Source of the DNA: Candidatus Hydrothermarchaeales archaeon | Lineage (GTDB): Archaea; Hydrothermarchaeota; Hydrothermarchaeia; Hydrothermarchaeales; JAZGAD01 | Reading direction: 5' to 3' | Assembly (NCBI GenBank): GCA_036444275.1 | Contig: JAZGAD010000043.1 | Coordinates: forward strand, 1-44,800 | Length of the DNA: 44,800 bases | Part shown: in pieces, positions 1 through 9,535 of the stretch | How positions within the stretch are numbered: the first letter of the stretch is position 1 | Layout: each line of letters begins with the position of its first letter | Translations under genes and position numbers: made by a program | The notes under the pieces: generated by a model | The model's input: only the letters and a program-made list of their open reading frames with translations | The model's database searches: none | Told to the model about the DNA's origin: nothing

Positions 1-2
1 TC

Positions 3-530
3 CTACACAAGAATGGCTCTCTAGAGGAAAGATACGAGATATCCATGGAACCCGCCTCCTTCTCCGCGTTCTCTGCCCATGGCAGTTACGCAAAGGCGAT
101 AGGGAATGAGCTCCTGTACTACGAGAGTGGCCTCGTAGAGAAACTGGAAGAGGAAAAGCATCCCCGGGTGGTCCTCTTGGCAAACTCCGTGGACCGCCCC
201 CTCGCTCTGGATTTCATCGGTTTCTTGGAGGAGAAGGGTATCACTGTGGAACATATCGATGCTTCGGGTTTCCCCCACAAAAGGAACGCCCGCCGCATCA
301 TAATCCTAGGTGGCCAGAAGGCTCCAGAGGGGATCGGAGAAGTGGTCTCAGGACTGCTAACTGATGAGGAACAGGCGTATCTGAAGGGACCAGGGAATTC
401 CGGGGTGTTCGTGAAGAGGGATATGTGGCTCGAGGACCAAGTGGTTGTTATCATCGCAGGATCGGGAAGAGACGAGACGGCGACTGCACATCTAGCAAAT
501 AAGGCGCGGATCTTGGATGAGCTGGTCTAG
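3..530 (+). CDS. 5'-truncated protein ending in an archaeal S-layer/cell-surface-associated C-terminal domain
   Basis: The frame is open from the window edge (LHKNGSLEERYEISME...), so the ATG at 45 is probably internal. C-terminal motifs VVLLANSVD...IIILGGQKAPEGIGEVV...VIIAGSGRDET resemble the alpha/beta C-terminal module of archaeal surface proteins. Confidence 0.55.
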   Translation, partial: LHKNGSLEERYEISMEPASFSAFSAHGSYAKAIGNELLYYESGLVEKLEEEKHPRVVLLANSVDRPLALDFIGFLEEKGITVEHIDASGFPHKRNARRIIILGGQKAPEGIGEVVSGLLTDEEQAYLKGPGNSGVFVKRDMWLEDQVVVIIAGSGRDETATAHLANKARILDELV

Positions 531-698
531 GTCAAAAACCCAATGGTATTTCTGATCCATCGATGACAAACTGCATGGCCATGGCGGCGAGCACTGGGGA
601 TGTTACACTATTTTTTCATTCATTTAAGAGTATAGCCGAGTCTCAAAGGCCGAGTAATACTAAATATTTATAATGTCGTAACCACATATGACTACGCT

Positions 699-1025
699 AT
701 GGAACCCGGATATCAAAAAGCCTTTAGGACTTTCAAGAAAAATATCGAAAAAAGATTCAAAGAGCAGGTCAAAAAAGTAGTTCTATTTGGGAGTGCGGCA
801 AGGGGGGAAATGACAAGGGAATCTGATATTGATGTACTCATAGTTTTGGATAAAGTAGACGATAAAATAGAAAAAGAAATTTCGAATATTGCCTTTGATG
901 CGGGGGAATCAATACGGGTTATAATCGTGCCCATAATCTTGAGTAATAAATCCTACGAGGATATGCTCAATGAAAAATATCCTTTTATTATGAATATCGA
1001 GAGAGAGGGACTAGCAATTGCTTAA
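699..1025 (+). CDS. Minimal nucleotidyltransferase (MNT) antitoxin
   Basis: LFGSAARGE...SDIDVLIV Pol-beta NTase motif, 108 aa, overlaps the downstream HEPN gene. Confidence 0.92.
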   Translation: MEPGYQKAFRTFKKNIEKRFKEQVKKVVLFGSAARGEMTRESDIDVLIVLDKVDDKIEKEISNIAFDAGESIRVIIVPIILSNKSYEDMLNEKYPFIMNIEREGLAIA

Positions 1026-1401
1026 ATATTCTGAATTACACCTCAAGAAAGCATCAGAGTTTATTTCTGCAGCAGAGCATGATTTCCAAGATGGTTTTTA
1101 TAATGCTGCTGTAAGTCACGCTTATTATGCAATGCATCACTCGGCGAGGGCACTTCTACTTCTTATCAACGAATCTCCAAAAACTCATTCAGGGGTTATA
1201 AATGTCCTGTGGCAAAACATAGAGAAGTTGCATTTGTCCAAGGAAGAGATTCGGGCACTTTCGAGGGTTTTTGATAGAAGGATAAAAAGTGATTACGGGG
1301 TTGGTCTTGAGCCTCCAAGTGAAGAAGCCACAGGAGAGATTGTTGAGGAGGCCAAAAAGTTTCTTGATGATTCAATAGAAATCGTGGAAAATTGGAAATG
1401 A
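1018..1401 (+). CDS. HEPN domain protein (UPF0332/COG1895-like), partner of MNT
   Basis: AYYAMHHSARALL, PKTHSGVI and RIKSDY motifs; TTG start overlapping the MNT stop. Confidence 0.9.
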   Translation: MLKYSELHLKKASEFISAAEHDFQDGFYNAAVSHAYYAMHHSARALLLLINESPKTHSGVINVLWQNIEKLHLSKEEIRALSRVFDRRIKSDYGVGLEPPSEEATGEIVEEAKKFLDDSIEIVENWK

Positions 1402-1442
1402 TATTTGGTCTAAGGTAGACACCTCCTCTCTCCTCCTAATGA

Positions 1443-1610
1443 TCTGTTTCTCTAAATCTTCAAATCCTTGATAAGGCAAAGAAGATCATTAAAGCTGATA
1501 TCAATATCCCTATCGTCTCAATTGACCATCTAATAAAACTCAAGGCGATGTCGGGTCGAAAACAAGACGAAGCCGATATAGAAGCGTTAAAGAAAATAAC
1601 GCTGAGGTAG
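1443..1610 (+). pseudogene. C-terminal fragment of a DUF6036-like nucleotidyltransferase
   Basis: Manual translation ...KKIIKADINIPIVSIDHLIKLKAMSGRKQDEADIEALKKITLR*. In-frame TGA at 1440-1442, no start codon, N-terminal catalytic half absent. Confidence 0.7.
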
Positions 1611-1614
1611 GCAA

Positions 1615-1788
1615 ATGGCAAAAAAGGGATTCTATTATGAGGTCTCTGACGAGAAGCTAAAAAAATGGGCCGCTGTCCCTCCCTCAGAAAAACTTGAGTG
1701 GCTTGAAGAAATCAATACGTTCATTTTCAAATTCACCGGTAAGAAACAAAAGGAAATCATTTCAAAATTCAGGAAAGGCGAAATATAA
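1615..1788 (+). CDS. 57 aa small protein, probable partner of the adjacent DUF6036-like NTase
   Basis: Not in the ORF track (<60 aa). MAKKGFYYEVSDEKLKKWAAVPPSEKLEWLEEINTFIFKFTGKKQKEIISKFRKGEI*, with GAGGT RBS just upstream. Confidence 0.75.
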   Translation: MAKKGFYYEVSDEKLKKWAAVPPSEKLEWLEEINTFIFKFTGKKQKEIISKFRKGEI

Positions 1789-1852
1789 CCAAATGGGACC
1801 TGTCTTAATTAGTGGAATGTTGGGAAGACTTTAGCTATATTTTTTCATTTGA

Positions 1853-2311
1853 TTACAAAAATTTTGATGGAAACTCATCAATTTTTTTCAGGTGGTTTTT
1901 CAGCTGTGTCATGGCAAATTTCTTCTTTTCATCAGAGGATACGAATTCCATCAATAGGAAGTTATACACCGTGTTGATTTCAGAATATTCGAGCTTATGG
2001 GTCACTTGATAGGCGTCCTCAAGCGTCTCAATCGACTTTAATTCATCCTTAAACGAAAACTTTAGAAACTTTCTCGCTTCCTCGACAAGGGCGGGGTCTG
2101 CAGGGGCAAAAAGTTGGTCCATTGTAAGAGAGCTATGAATACTGCTAAGTTCCTGTATATGTTGTATCTCATCCCTCACCATTCCTTTCCAGAACTCTGA
2201 AACCTCATTCAACTCAGAGAATTTTTTAATCAAGTTGAGATAGAAATCCCGCACTGTTTTTTCTGCAGTAATTGCAAGTTTAAACAACTCTTCATTCCTA
2301 TCCTCGGCCAT
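1853..2311 (-). CDS. Ferritin-like/rubrerythrin-family four-helix protein
   Basis: AITAEKTVRDFY...MVRDEIQH...HKLEYSE...QLKNH carboxylate/His pattern. The ATG at 2311 is preferred over TTG 2317. Confidence 0.7.
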   Translation of the reverse strand: MAEDRNEELFKLAITAEKTVRDFYLNLIKKFSELNEVSEFWKGMVRDEIQHIQELSSIHSSLTMDQLFAPADPALVEEARKFLKFSFKDELKSIETLEDAYQVTHKLEYSEINTVYNFLLMEFVSSDEKKKFAMTQLKNHLKKIDEFPSKFL

Positions 2312-2452
2312 GATCAACTCTCATCTACTCACTCCATTATCCATTGGAGCTATATTTAAATTTTTAATTAGAAGCCCTTGTTCTCAGTCGACATTCAATC
2401 TAAATATTCTGAATGAACTCGAAGAAGATGCCTGAAAGTGCACGACAGCCCA

Positions 2453-3337
2453 TCATACCCCTCTGGTCTGGAGCAACTCCTCTTCTTTGAGGGTCCGTAT
2501 GTCAATGCCCTTCATGGCCTCGCGCAGGCCCTTTGACGCCTTCACCAGAACCTTGGGATCATCGTAGTGCGTCGTACTCAAGACTATTGCTTTGGCTCTA
2601 TCTGCCGGGTCCTCAGACTTGAAGATTCCAGAGCCAACGAATACACCCTCTGCACCGAGCTGCATCATCAGCGAAGCATCTGCAGGAGTCGCTATGCCGC
2701 CGGCTGCAAAATTCACCACAGGCAAGTGCCCGAGCTGTGCTGCCTCCTTAACGAGGGCGTACGGCGCTCCCATTTCTTTTGCCTGAGTCATGAGCTCTTC
2801 TTCAGGCAGGTTCTGCAGGCGCCTTATCTCACCCATCACGGCTCGCATGTGGCGCACTGCCTCAACTATGTTCCCGCTTCCGGCTTCTCCCTTTGTTCGG
2901 ATCATCGCTGCACCCTCGCCTATCCTGCGCAGTGCCTCCCCGAGGTTTCTAGCCCCGCATACGAAGGGTATCTTAAATTTCTCTTTAGCGATGTGATTAT
3001 GCTCGTCTGCAGGCGTAAGGACCTCGCTCTCGTCTATGAAGTCGACGCCCATCTCCTCTAATATCTGCGCCTCAACGAAGTGGCCTATCCTCACCTTTGC
3101 CATCACAGGTATGGTCACGGCCTCCATGATCTCCTGGATCTTCTGCGGGTCAGCCATGCGTGCTACGCCGCCAGCGGCACGTATATCTGCCGGCACCCTC
3201 TCTAGGGCCATTACTGCTACTGCTCCAGCTTCCTCTGATATTACTGCCTGATCAGCGTTGGTGACATCCATGATGACGCCGCCCTTGAGCATCTGTGCCA
3301 AGCCGCGCTTCACCTTATCTGTGCCTTGTTCTACCAT
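2453..3337 (-). CDS. pdxS: Pyridoxal 5'-phosphate synthase lyase subunit
   Basis: [56 protein letters not shown]. Confidence 0.99.
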   Translation of the reverse strand: MVEQGTDKVKRGLAQMLKGGVIMDVTNADQAVISEEAGAVAVMALERVPADIRAAGGVARMADPQKIQEIMEAVTIPVMAKVRIGHFVEAQILEEMGVDFIDESEVLTPADEHNHIAKEKFKIPFVCGARNLGEALRRIGEGAAMIRTKGEAGSGNIVEAVRHMRAVMGEIRRLQNLPEEELMTQAKEMGAPYALVKEAAQLGHLPVVNFAAGGIATPADASLMMQLGAEGVFVGSGIFKSEDPADRAKAIVLSTTHYDDPKVLVKASKGLREAMKGIDIRTLKEEELLQTRGV

Positions 3338-3338
3338 C

Positions 3339-4688
3339 TTATCTACCTCTCAAAAGCCTAAGGGTTTCTTCCTTCTTTTCCATAGCTTTCCTCTTGGCTT
3401 CTTCTATACTCTCTTGCATAACCTTAATATCTTTCGGTGCCGCCTCTCCAACGACCTTTTTCACCTTGGTATAAGCAGCTTCCCTGAAACGCGGCTCTAA
3501 GTTCTTTTCTTTCCCCTCGGCTAGAAGCTTTACTCCCACACCTTCTTCCACTCTGCCTATCTCGTAAACATTGCTTATTCCCTCAAGCGCTGCTTTAACT
3601 TCTCTTACTTCTTCGTCAGGTAGGATGAGTAGGAGGGAATCCGTAGATATGCCCAGGGGATCGATTTCCAGCTCTCTAAGCATTTTCAACACCTTAGGGT
3701 TCACTGTCTTCTCTAATTCCCCTTCATAAAAGACCAGCTTCTTGTTTGCAGTTCTGGATATTTCGGTAGCGTCTCCTCTCAGCCCGCCGTTAGTAACGTC
3801 GCTCAATGCATGCGCGCGTAGCAGAAGCTTCTTCTTCAGCAGCTCTTCACATGCCAGCATAAACTCCATATTCAGGGTCTCCTTTACGACCTCGAAATAG
3901 CCGTTGTAGAGCGCTATCGTGGTGATCGTTCCCCCTCCGCTCCCCTCTGTCGCTAGGATAACATCTCCAGCTTCTGCTCTCCTCCTAGCTTTAGGCTTAT
4001 CTCTGGAGCTGCCAACTGCTCCAACTGCCCCTACTAATCTATCACCGAAGACCATGTCGCCTCCTATGCGGAGTGTGCTCCCAGATACCAAGGGTGCGTT
4101 CGCCATCTCGCCTGCAGTTGCAACACCCGCTGTGAAGTCGAATAACTTGCCCACGTCTCCATCGTCAGCCAGATGCAGGTCGCTGAGAAGAGCAATCGGT
4201 CTCGAACCCATAACATACACGTCCCGTAGAGTCGCCCGTGCAGCATGGAAGCCTGCCAGGAAAGGGAACTCGCTTAAACGAGAATGCATGCCATCCACAG
4301 CTAGAGTGATATATCCGCCACCTCCATCGCTTTCCCTTACCACGCCAGCGTCATCCTGTTCCCTGGAGTCCACTACGGCACCGGTTTCACCTATGATTTC
4401 AGCTAACTTGCGATGGACGAAGAAGTCCCCTACACCCCTTGAGCCTACTCCGAATTCACCCATCTTTACATTAGCTCTAGGATAGGTGATCAGGGTTTTT
4501 AAAAAAGAATCTTTGATATCGTTGGTAAGGGTAGTCCGAACTTCATCGTGGACTGCTTTTGAAAATTCTTCCCTTTTTTTCAAGTCCCATACTTTAAATT
4601 CTTTTAGAGCCTCGCTTAACTCCTTAATGATCTCTTCTTTTTTGCAGCCCTTCAGAATTCTCTGCCTAGTAAATCCTTCTAAGTCCAT
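3339..4688 (-). CDS. AIR synthase (PurM)-related protein, archaeal MJ0640/HypE-like family
   Basis: [49 protein letters not shown]. Confidence 0.85.
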   Translation of the reverse strand: MDLEGFTRQRILKGCKKEEIIKELSEALKEFKVWDLKKREEFSKAVHDEVRTTLTNDIKDSFLKTLITYPRANVKMGEFGVGSRGVGDFFVHRKLAEIIGETGAVVDSREQDDAGVVRESDGGGGYITLAVDGMHSRLSEFPFLAGFHAARATLRDVYVMGSRPIALLSDLHLADDGDVGKLFDFTAGVATAGEMANAPLVSGSTLRIGGDMVFGDRLVGAVGAVGSSRDKPKARRRAEAGDVILATEGSGGGTITTIALYNGYFEVVKETLNMEFMLACEELLKKKLLLRAHALSDVTNGGLRGDATEISRTANKKLVFYEGELEKTVNPKVLKMLRELEIDPLGISTDSLLLILPDEEVREVKAALEGISNVYEIGRVEEGVGVKLLAEGKEKNLEPRFREAAYTKVKKVVGEAAPKDIKVMQESIEEAKRKAMEKKEETLRLLRGR

Positions 4689-4733
4689 ATACCGACAGTA
4701 TCCTTTTGATTCACTTAAACTTGATACGAATGG

Positions 4734-5252
4734 CTATCCCTTTAGAGCGTTGATGATTGCCCAACCGAACTTGTCTGCAGAGGATGGACCATCGCTAGTT
4801 ATGATATTGCCGTCCACCTCTACGCCGGCGCCTGTATAGACAGCGCCCTTCGCTTTTATGGCATCTCCCTCAGAGTGCCAGACCGTGGCCCTGCGGCCCT
4901 CAAGGAGCCCGGCATTTGCCAATGTGACCGGGGCTATACAGATTGCACAGACGAGCTTGTTGGATTCAAATGCCTTCTTTGCAATGGCATGCGCGTTTGG
5001 GTTGTTCCAGTATTCTTGCGCTCCGCCCCCGCCCACGAAGACTACTGCGTCATAGTCGTCGACATTGATGTCGTTGAGCAGTATATCTGGTTTGACCCTT
5101 GCACCGAGCATCCCTGTAGATGTTTCCAAGGAAGAGGATGCAATAGTAATTCTGACACCTTGGTCCTCCAAGATCTTTTTAGGTTTAAGAAGCTCCTCGT
5201 CCCTGAACCGTTGATGCGCAATGATCAGCACAACATTCTTATCCAGAGCCAT
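4734..5252 (-). CDS. DJ-1/PfpI family protein
   Basis: FRDEEL, AVVFVGGGG, AICIAP nucleophile elbow, VDGNIITSDGP. Confidence 0.93.
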   Translation of the reverse strand: MALDKNVVLIIAHQRFRDEELLKPKKILEDQGVRITIASSSLETSTGMLGARVKPDILLNDINVDDYDAVVFVGGGGAQEYWNNPNAHAIAKKAFESNKLVCAICIAPVTLANAGLLEGRRATVWHSEGDAIKAKGAVYTGAGVEVDGNIITSDGPSSADKFGWAIINALKG

Positions 5253-5342
5253 TTGAGACCACCTCCGTTAGATTTGAAGCATATATTAATCCCTCAGTTT
5301 ATCAATTTTACGAAGAGTAAGCTTTCAACTATTTTTCCACTA

Positions 5343-5359
5343 GGTAGGAAATTCCTACC
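5343..5359. promoter_or_regulatory. Perfect inverted repeat, probable autoregulatory operator of the AbrB-RelE module
   Basis: GGTAGGAA-A-TTCCTACC ending 5 nt before the AbrB ATG at 5365. Confidence 0.65.
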
Positions 5360-5364
5360 ACTAC

Positions 5365-5634
5365 ATGAAAGCAAAGCGTCTTGAAGTAACCCACGTTACA
5401 AAGAAGGGGCAGGTCGTCATACCGAAGGCAATAAGGGACAAGTTACATCTCGAGGAGGGCACGCCCTTGGGAGTAGAGGCCACGGAGAAAGGGGTAATCG
5501 TGATGAAAGAGATTGAGACGCCCTTTGAAGAGGGGGACTTGAGGGCTATAGACAAGTTTTGGCATGACGTAGAATCCGGCAAGCTCAAACCGGTTCCAGT
5601 GAGCAAGTTCCTAGAGGAGCTTGAAACTTGGTAA
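5365..5634 (+). CDS. AbrB/MazE/SpoVT family antitoxin
   Basis: VTKKGQVVIPKAIRDKLHLEEG motif and acidic C-terminus. Confidence 0.9.
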   Translation: MKAKRLEVTHVTKKGQVVIPKAIRDKLHLEEGTPLGVEATEKGVIVMKEIETPFEEGDLRAIDKFWHDVESGKLKPVPVSKFLEELETW

Positions 5635-5882
5635 TAAAACGAGTAATAAGGTCCAAGGAATTTGAACGGCAATTCAAGAAGATCCGGGACAAGAAATCTA
5701 AGGAGATCCTTGTAAAGCACATCAAGAAATTATGCAAAAACCCTGATTTGGGAAAGCCGCTGGAGGGGACATACAAAGGGGTTCGGTCTGAGAGGGTTGG
5801 ACCATTTAGGCTCTTGTATGCCCTGAAGGGAGAAACATTATATCTCGTGCGTTTTAGGCATAGGAAAAAAGTATACAAATAG
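5628..5882 (+). CDS. RelE/ParE family toxin
   Basis: Basic 84 aa protein, NPDLGKPLEG...RSERVGPFRLLY...FRHRKKVY; overlaps the antitoxin stop. Confidence 0.9.
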   Translation: MVIKRVIRSKEFERQFKKIRDKKSKEILVKHIKKLCKNPDLGKPLEGTYKGVRSERVGPFRLLYALKGETLYLVRFRHRKKVYK

Positions 5883-5984
5883 CTCCAAAATCGTTGTTCT
5901 TCAAGCTCATTTGCAGTCGCCCTTAGTTACGTTTTGTGTTTTGTCAAAGTATTAATACGGGTCTTTCACATAATGACGAGCGAA

Positions 5985-6743
5985 ATGAAACTCGGTGCGA
6001 TGAACAATCCTGAAAAGGATGTGCTCAAGGAACTTAAGTTCTTTGGAGAGCTAGGCTTTGACTTTTTTGAGCTTGCAGTAGAGGGCCCCAGGGCGTTTCC
6101 TGAGCTTCTCACAGAGAGGAAGAAGAAGATACTGGACCTGCTCTCAAGCTATGACATGGCATTGCTGACACATCTACCCTGGTTCTTCGAGATAGGGCAT
6201 CCCTATGAGGGTGTGAGGCGTGCATACTTGAAGGAGACACTCAAGGTAGTTGATATCGCCGTGGAGCTAGAGGCTGAGAAACTAGGGCTGCACATCAACG
6301 TACCCAAGGGAAGGTTTCCTGATAAGCTGGACTACAACCTTAACGCCTTGCGGGAAATCGAGGGCTACGCAAGTGACAAGGGCTTGCCGGTCTGCGTCGA
6401 GAATCTGGATCTTAAGGTATTTGACCTAGATGACTTCCATCGGATCCTTGATACGGGCGTGGGATTTCTCTGGGATATAGGGCATGCGAATATGGGCTTA
6501 TTGAATGAAGAAGACATCTTCCTCTTCCTTGAGCTTAAGGATCAATTGATGCACGTGCATGCCCATGACAACGATGGCAGGGATGACCTCCATCTGCCTA
6601 TAGGTGCAGGCAAGATAGACTGGAAAAAGGTGGTAAAGGAGCTTAAGAGGGTGTACGACGGCACTGTAACCCTAGAGATACACTCGCAGGACAGAGACTA
6701 TCTGAAGATAAGCAGGGAAAAATTCTTAGAGCTGTGGAAATAG
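5985..6743 (+). CDS. Sugar phosphate isomerase/epimerase (AP endonuclease 2-type TIM barrel)
   Basis: CVENL, WDIGHAN, HVHAHDN..DDLHLPIGAGKIDW, TLEI metal-binding motifs. Start at ATG 5985 (or 5973) rather than 5934. Confidence 0.88.
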   Translation: MKLGAMNNPEKDVLKELKFFGELGFDFFELAVEGPRAFPELLTERKKKILDLLSSYDMALLTHLPWFFEIGHPYEGVRRAYLKETLKVVDIAVELEAEKLGLHINVPKGRFPDKLDYNLNALREIEGYASDKGLPVCVENLDLKVFDLDDFHRILDTGVGFLWDIGHANMGLLNEEDIFLFLELKDQLMHVHAHDNDGRDDLHLPIGAGKIDWKKVVKELKRVYDGTVTLEIHSQDRDYLKISREKFLELWK

Positions 6744-6758
6744 ATAGTTTACTTTATC

Positions 6759-7361
6759 CTATTCTTTTGCGATCTCCACGAAGTTCTTTAACATTCTCAG
6801 TCCGGCATTGCCGCTCTTTTCAGGGTGGAATTGAGTTGCATATACATTGCCTTTCTCGACGACCGCTGGAATCTCTAGGCCGTATTGCGTGCTTGCAGTA
6901 GTAACCTCTTCCTCAGGCTTGGCGTAGTAGGAGTGTACAAAGTAGAAGAAGTCCCCGTCCTTGATGCCTTCCAGAAGCCTGCTCTCTCTCTTGATCTTTA
7001 TAGAGTTCCAGCCCATATGGGGTATCCTCACACCGTCTGGAAGCCTCACGATCTTACCGCGCATAAAATCCAGACCCTTATGCAGGCCGTTTTCCTCGCT
7101 CTCTGTAAAATAAAGTTGCATGCCCAGACAGATGCCAAGTACTGGTTTTTCCCTGGCGCTTCTCTTTATTACTTCCTCAAGGGGTTTTAGGTTATTTATA
7201 GCGTCGCAGAAGGCACCTACACCAGGGAGGATTACTGCGTCACACTCTTCTATCACGTCTTTGTCAGCTGTAATCAGAGCCTGCGCTCCACTGTGCTCTA
7301 GGCCCCTCTCCACGCTCCTCAGGTTTCCAACTCCATAGTCTATGACAGCTATCCCGGTCAT
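6759..7361 (-). CDS. hisH: Imidazole glycerol phosphate synthase glutaminase subunit
   Basis: IDYGVGNLRSV, LPGVGAF, GICLGMQ, PHMGWN, YFVHSY, QFHPEKSG. Confidence 0.98.
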   Translation of the reverse strand: MTGIAVIDYGVGNLRSVERGLEHSGAQALITADKDVIEECDAVILPGVGAFCDAINNLKPLEEVIKRSAREKPVLGICLGMQLYFTESEENGLHKGLDFMRGKIVRLPDGVRIPHMGWNSIKIKRESRLLEGIKDGDFFYFVHSYYAKPEEEVTTASTQYGLEIPAVVEKGNVYATQFHPEKSGNAGLRMLKNFVEIAKE

Positions 7362-7540
7362 TTTAATATTCCAATTTCATTTTCTATTGCCATTTCCTGT
7401 TTATTAATTCACCGCTGTAAGTTATAGAATTGGAAGATACACATGAAAATTTAGACTGTATTAGGAAAAATATAAGTGGACCCTCAGACAATATAATAAC
7501 GGGCGTGCTAAGGACGGGTTAAAATTTAGGGAGTGGGCAA

Positions 7541-8608
7541 GTGGAAGGGCTCGAAGATCCTGAAAGGAGATATCAGAATTCGGTGGAGAACTCCATCGAT
7601 GCCATTGTATCTGTGGATGAGCGAGGGGTTATAACGGTTTGGAATAGGGCAGCGGAAGAGATGTTCGGCTACTCCAAAGGCGAGATCTTTGGGAAGGAAG
7701 TCGTTACCATTATATCCGAGGAATACAGAGAGCAGCATAAAGAGGGATTCACGAGATTCCTGAGAACCGGTAGGGGCAAAATCATAGGGAAGATCTACGA
7801 GGGCGAGGGCTTGCGGAAGGACGGCTCGAGATTTCCTCTGGAGCTCTCACTATCAGCCCAGAGGGAGGGAAGTGGCTATTTCTTCACTAGCATAATTAGG
7901 GACGTTACAAAGCGGAAGAGCATGGAAGAGAAACTCAAACATTCCAACAAGCTCAGAGATCTATTCGTGGATATAATGCACCACGACCTAATGAATCCCA
8001 TCAGCATAATCAAGACATACGCAGAGGTCATGATGGATGAGGAGCGTGATAAAACTAAAAGACAGGAACTGCAGTCCATACTAAATATCACCGCAAGAAT
8101 GCAGGAACTGATTGAAAACGCTACTAAGTATGCAAAGCTTGGGAGTCAGAAGGAATTGGAGTTTGAAAGGGAGGATTTGGACGCGATTATTAAAGACGTA
8201 CTAGAGGAGTATGACTCACTACTCCAAGAAAAGAGAATGGAAGTTGTGTATACCTCAGGGGAATACCTCGCGGAGGTCAGCTCTTTTTTCAGAGACGTCA
8301 TTTCCAATCTCTTGTCGAATGCGATAAAATATAGCCCAAAGGAAAAGAAAGTTGTTATCGAGGTGCAGGACGAGGGCAGGGATTGGGAGATAAGGGTTAA
8401 AGATAATGGGCAGGGGATAGCAGATGACGACAAAGCAACGTTGTTTGACAGGTTCAAGCGTATAGAGAAGGGAGGCGTAAAAGGCACTGGTTTGGGTTTG
8501 GCGATAGTGAAGCGCATAGTGCGACTTCACCACGGAGAGGTCTGGATAGAGGACAATCTGGAAGGAGGGAGCATATTCTGTGTGAGGATATCCAAGCGCA
8601 GAGAATGA
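7541..8608 (+). CDS. Cytoplasmic PAS-domain sensor histidine kinase
   Basis: PAS/PAC (WNRAAEEMFGY, RKDGSRFPLEL), H-box HHDLMNP, N-box NLLSNAIKY, DNGQGI, GTGLGLAIV; no TM segment. Confidence 0.95.
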   Translation: MEGLEDPERRYQNSVENSIDAIVSVDERGVITVWNRAAEEMFGYSKGEIFGKEVVTIISEEYREQHKEGFTRFLRTGRGKIIGKIYEGEGLRKDGSRFPLELSLSAQREGSGYFFTSIIRDVTKRKSMEEKLKHSNKLRDLFVDIMHHDLMNPISIIKTYAEVMMDEERDKTKRQELQSILNITARMQELIENATKYAKLGSQKELEFEREDLDAIIKDVLEEYDSLLQEKRMEVVYTSGEYLAEVSSFFRDVISNLLSNAIKYSPKEKKVVIEVQDEGRDWEIRVKDNGQGIADDDKATLFDRFKRIEKGGVKGTGLGLAIVKRIVRLHHGEVWIEDNLEGGSIFCVRISKRRE

Positions 8609-8647
8609 GGTTTCATTATTTTCGCCCGAATGCTAGTTAGAAGATTG

Positions 8648-9529
8648 TTAATGCGTAACTTCGCAGGTCTCGCATTCGAATTGAAAGGTTGTATGGCTTA
8701 TATCAAAACTACTCATTTTGTTCTTTATCTCCTTTGACATCTCGTCTATGTCTTTCATCCTTACGTCCTCTACTATGATATGGGCGCTTGCCGCATTTAT
8801 ATGCGAGCATATGCTCCACACATGCAGATCATGCACCCCCTTTACCCCAACAATACTTGCTATTGCTTCTGAGACCTTGTTCATGTCGATGTGGGGCGGA
8901 GTTCCCTCCAAGAGGATGTGTGTAGAGTCCTTGAGGATCCTGAAGGAGCCGGCTAGGATAATCACTCCGATGAATATACTTATGATGGAGTCGGCAGCAT
9001 AGTAGCCGGTGAGCATTATTATCACTGCTCCGATGATAACACCTATGGATGCTATGGCGTCCCCTAAAGCATGGAAGAATGCGCTCCGTATATTAAGGTC
9101 GGTCTGTGCATGCTTTCTCAGCTTAAACACCACGAAGAGATTTACTATAAGCCCTATCACCGCTATGGCCAGCATTTGGGCGCTCTTCACAGGTAGGGGT
9201 GTAAGAATCCGCTCATATGCCTCTTTGAATATGAAGAGGGAGATTATAACGAGTGCTGAGCCGTTTATTACCGCTGCAAAAACTTCTGCGCGATGATAGC
9301 CGAAGGTCCTAGCTGCGCTCGGCGGCTTTGCAGCTAATTTCAGTGCAAACCAGCTGATACTCAAGGCAAAGAGATCTGAGAAGACATGTGCAGCATCGCT
9401 CAGCAGGGCCAGGCTATTAGATATTATACCTCCAAATACCTCGGCGACTAATATGAAAGCAGTAAGGATTATTACTAGCCGCAGCTCTTTTTCAGCTTTG
9501 CCAGAATCATGCTCATGCTCATGGTTCAT
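8648..9529 (-). CDS. Cation diffusion facilitator (CzcD/ZitB-like Zn/Co/Cd exporter)
   Basis: His-rich N-terminus, SLALLSDAAH.FSD, TFGYHRAE, HALGD, HDLHVW; six TM segments. Confidence 0.95.
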   Translation of the reverse strand: MNHEHEHDSGKAEKELRLVIILTAFILVAEVFGGIISNSLALLSDAAHVFSDLFALSISWFALKLAAKPPSAARTFGYHRAEVFAAVINGSALVIISLFIFKEAYERILTPLPVKSAQMLAIAVIGLIVNLFVVFKLRKHAQTDLNIRSAFFHALGDAIASIGVIIGAVIIMLTGYYAADSIISIFIGVIILAGSFRILKDSTHILLEGTPPHIDMNKVSEAIASIVGVKGVHDLHVWSICSHINAASAHIIVEDVRMKDIDEMSKEIKNKMSSFDISHTTFQFECETCEVTH

Positions 9530-9535
9530 CTTACC

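Noticed and set aside
4734-5252. DJ-1/PfpI protein acting as the missing PdxT glutaminase
   Set aside because: It has DJ-1 motifs (DEE, AICIAP) and lacks the PdxT GGES, GTCAG and FHPE motifs.
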